NCBI GenBank assembly: GCA_032718475.1
Contig: JAUCBJ010009088.1
Span: forward strand, 1 to 64,000
Length of the DNA: 64,000 nt
Origin: Nemertoderma westbladi
Lineage: Eukaryota; Animalia; Xenacoelomorpha
Reading direction: 5' to 3'
The notes under the pieces are model-generated. The model saw only the letters and a list, made by a program, of their open reading frames with translations. It was not told where the DNA came from and did no database searches. Below are positions 62,201 through 64,000 of this stretch, one piece after another. The position numbers were made by a program, and so were the translations under genes. The stretch's first letter is position 1, and each line of letters starts with the position of its first letter.

Positions 62201-63792
62201 ACGCACTACTGAGCAGGCGTTTGAGGGGCTCGAGATGATCCCAAAAGCCTGTATGGTCATCCAGTACTCTACTGGTTTCTGGTTGAGGTCTCCTTCAGGC
62301 CACCACAGAAATCGTAGGCTGTCGCGATCCCTATCCAGCGCCTTAACTTGTAAGAACATGCCTTCTATATCCAAAGCAAAAGCGATCGAATATTGTCGTA
62401 ATCTTAAGATTATTCCCAACAACGATTGGAGTAAGTTGGGTCCCAGCAACAACTCGGAGTTAAGGGATTGACCCATGTAGAGGGCGGAGCCGTCAAATAC
62501 TACCCAGACTTCATTGGGTTTACTGGGTTTGGGAACGTAATGGTGTGTTAAATAGTACGTTCTCTCGGTTATGGGTGTTTCTTCTGGTACTCGCTCCGCA
62601 TATCCCTTGTCAATGTATTTCTTTAGCTGGGTCCTGTACATCTCCTTAGCTGAAGCATTTGCCATAAGGCGTCGATGTAGTTGCGCGATTCTCTTCTCCG
62701 CGAAAGGTTGGTTATTTATAAAATTGGGTTCTCTCCGTCGGAAAGGCAGACCAATCTCATACCTACCTTGATCTTTAAGAAAACGTGTAGTCGTTTCTTG
62801 TATCTGCTTGGCTCTTTCCTCTTCTACCGATAGGGCCTTATCGTAGGAATTGGGCTCTACAGCCTCTTGAGTAAAGAATCGTACGGCGTATTCATCGCGA
62901 GTCTTCGCGTTGTAACGATCTATCACTTCATTCAGTTCGTCGTTGTAATCGACTTGTCCCGCTGGATGGATGAGGTGACACAGGTTCACTTGGTTTTGCC
63001 AAGTTTCATTTTCTGTAAGGAGGTTGATGGTATTCTCCTCGTCGAATAGTTGATAAATATCGTCATTATCTGAGGAGTATGGCGTTCCCTCAGATGTGTC
63101 GTCTCCATTACTGATTTCCTCTTCCCATTCACTCACCTGGTGGACTTGATCTTTAGGTAGCCTTTCCATGAGTGTCCTACGGGATGGACCAGTAAAGTAG
63201 CAACCTACTCTAGTTCTTCCCGCATAAGTTTGCAGTGGTTGCGGTTGAGTAGGCCATTTCTCTAATGTCTCAAGCGCCTCATGCGCATTTTGGCCGATGA
63301 GTATTTGTACCCCTGGGTAGTCGGTGTTGAATCTAGGTATATCATGCTGCTGGGTGAAATCGTCTTCATCCCAGTTATAAGGTTTCACTTGGCTGGTAGC
63401 GAAGTTGTTTATCGCCACCATTTTTACTGACCTTATACTGTGTTCTCCTAGTTCATCCTGGGGGTTGACAACGCGCCTACATAGTAGTCTGTAGCTACTG
63501 TAGATTTCCAAACCTGCATAATTCCTGAAAGGTTCAACTTAGTTTGAAACTTGGGTTGTCCAGCAAAGATATATTCGGCTAGTTCTTTGTCGATGAATGT
63601 TCCTGTGCTGCCGGAGTCAAGAAGGGCATTCACTATATAGCTCTTTTCTAACCCGTGTACTCTCAACTGCACTACGGGAAATTCTCGGATTCCTACATTG
63701 GAAGTTGGCACTTTCCAAGATGGTTGTCGGTCAGGAATAGTTAGGGGGAGCTCACTATCGGTTTCAGTTTCATACGTAAGTGCTCGATACAC
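59249..63792 (-). CDS. pol: BEL/Pao retrotransposon polyprotein (protease, RT, RNase H, integrase), frameshifted near 63480; 5' part beyond the window
   Basis: LLDSGS; VVFDGS, SLNSELLLGPNLL, IYMDD; DPLGFISP, VFGDAS, INPADIASRG; GVDLFGP, SDKGTNF, WWGGSWERLI, LTPAHFL. Confidence 0.93.
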
Positions 63793-64000
63793 TGCGCGCG
63801 GTGTTTATCATATAGCAGGATTCGTTTTCGTCGGAGAATTCGTCCGTGTAAAATCCTTCCATCTCAGAACTGTGATCAGTGTCGTTCACATCACTGAATT
63901 GGACATGTAGTTCGGACTCACTTACCTGACTCGGGCTAGTTCTTTCAAACTCTGCGTGCAGCAAGATATGATGTTTCGCGCCGCACTTAGCATACCTCGC

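Overview
Animal (most likely invertebrate) nuclear DNA; nothing prokaryotic. Left half (1-31.7 kb): ten minus-strand exons of an interrupted Gly-X-Y collagen (type IV-like exon structure). They splice by hand into one open 1657-nt frame, and the gene continues beyond both ends of this exon set. Its introns are inflated by seven tandem arrays (units about 20, 34, 101, 35, 38, 40 and 47 bp). Every array carries splice-site motifs in the collagen's sense orientation. Four are demonstrably amplified copies of the adjacent exon/intron junction (three donors, one acceptor with about 260 AG|GT copies), and one looks like an amplified 9-nt Gly-Asp-Lys microexon. Right half (32.5-64 kb): a dense retrotransposon cluster, probably one giant intron. 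It holds a young near-intact Gypsy element (tRNA-Gln PBS) whose integrase ends in a TAF3-like PHD finger, a second Gypsy, a BEL/Pao element, an RTE LINE and fragments. All calls come from reading the sequence; no database searches were run, and copy numbers are span divided by unit length.
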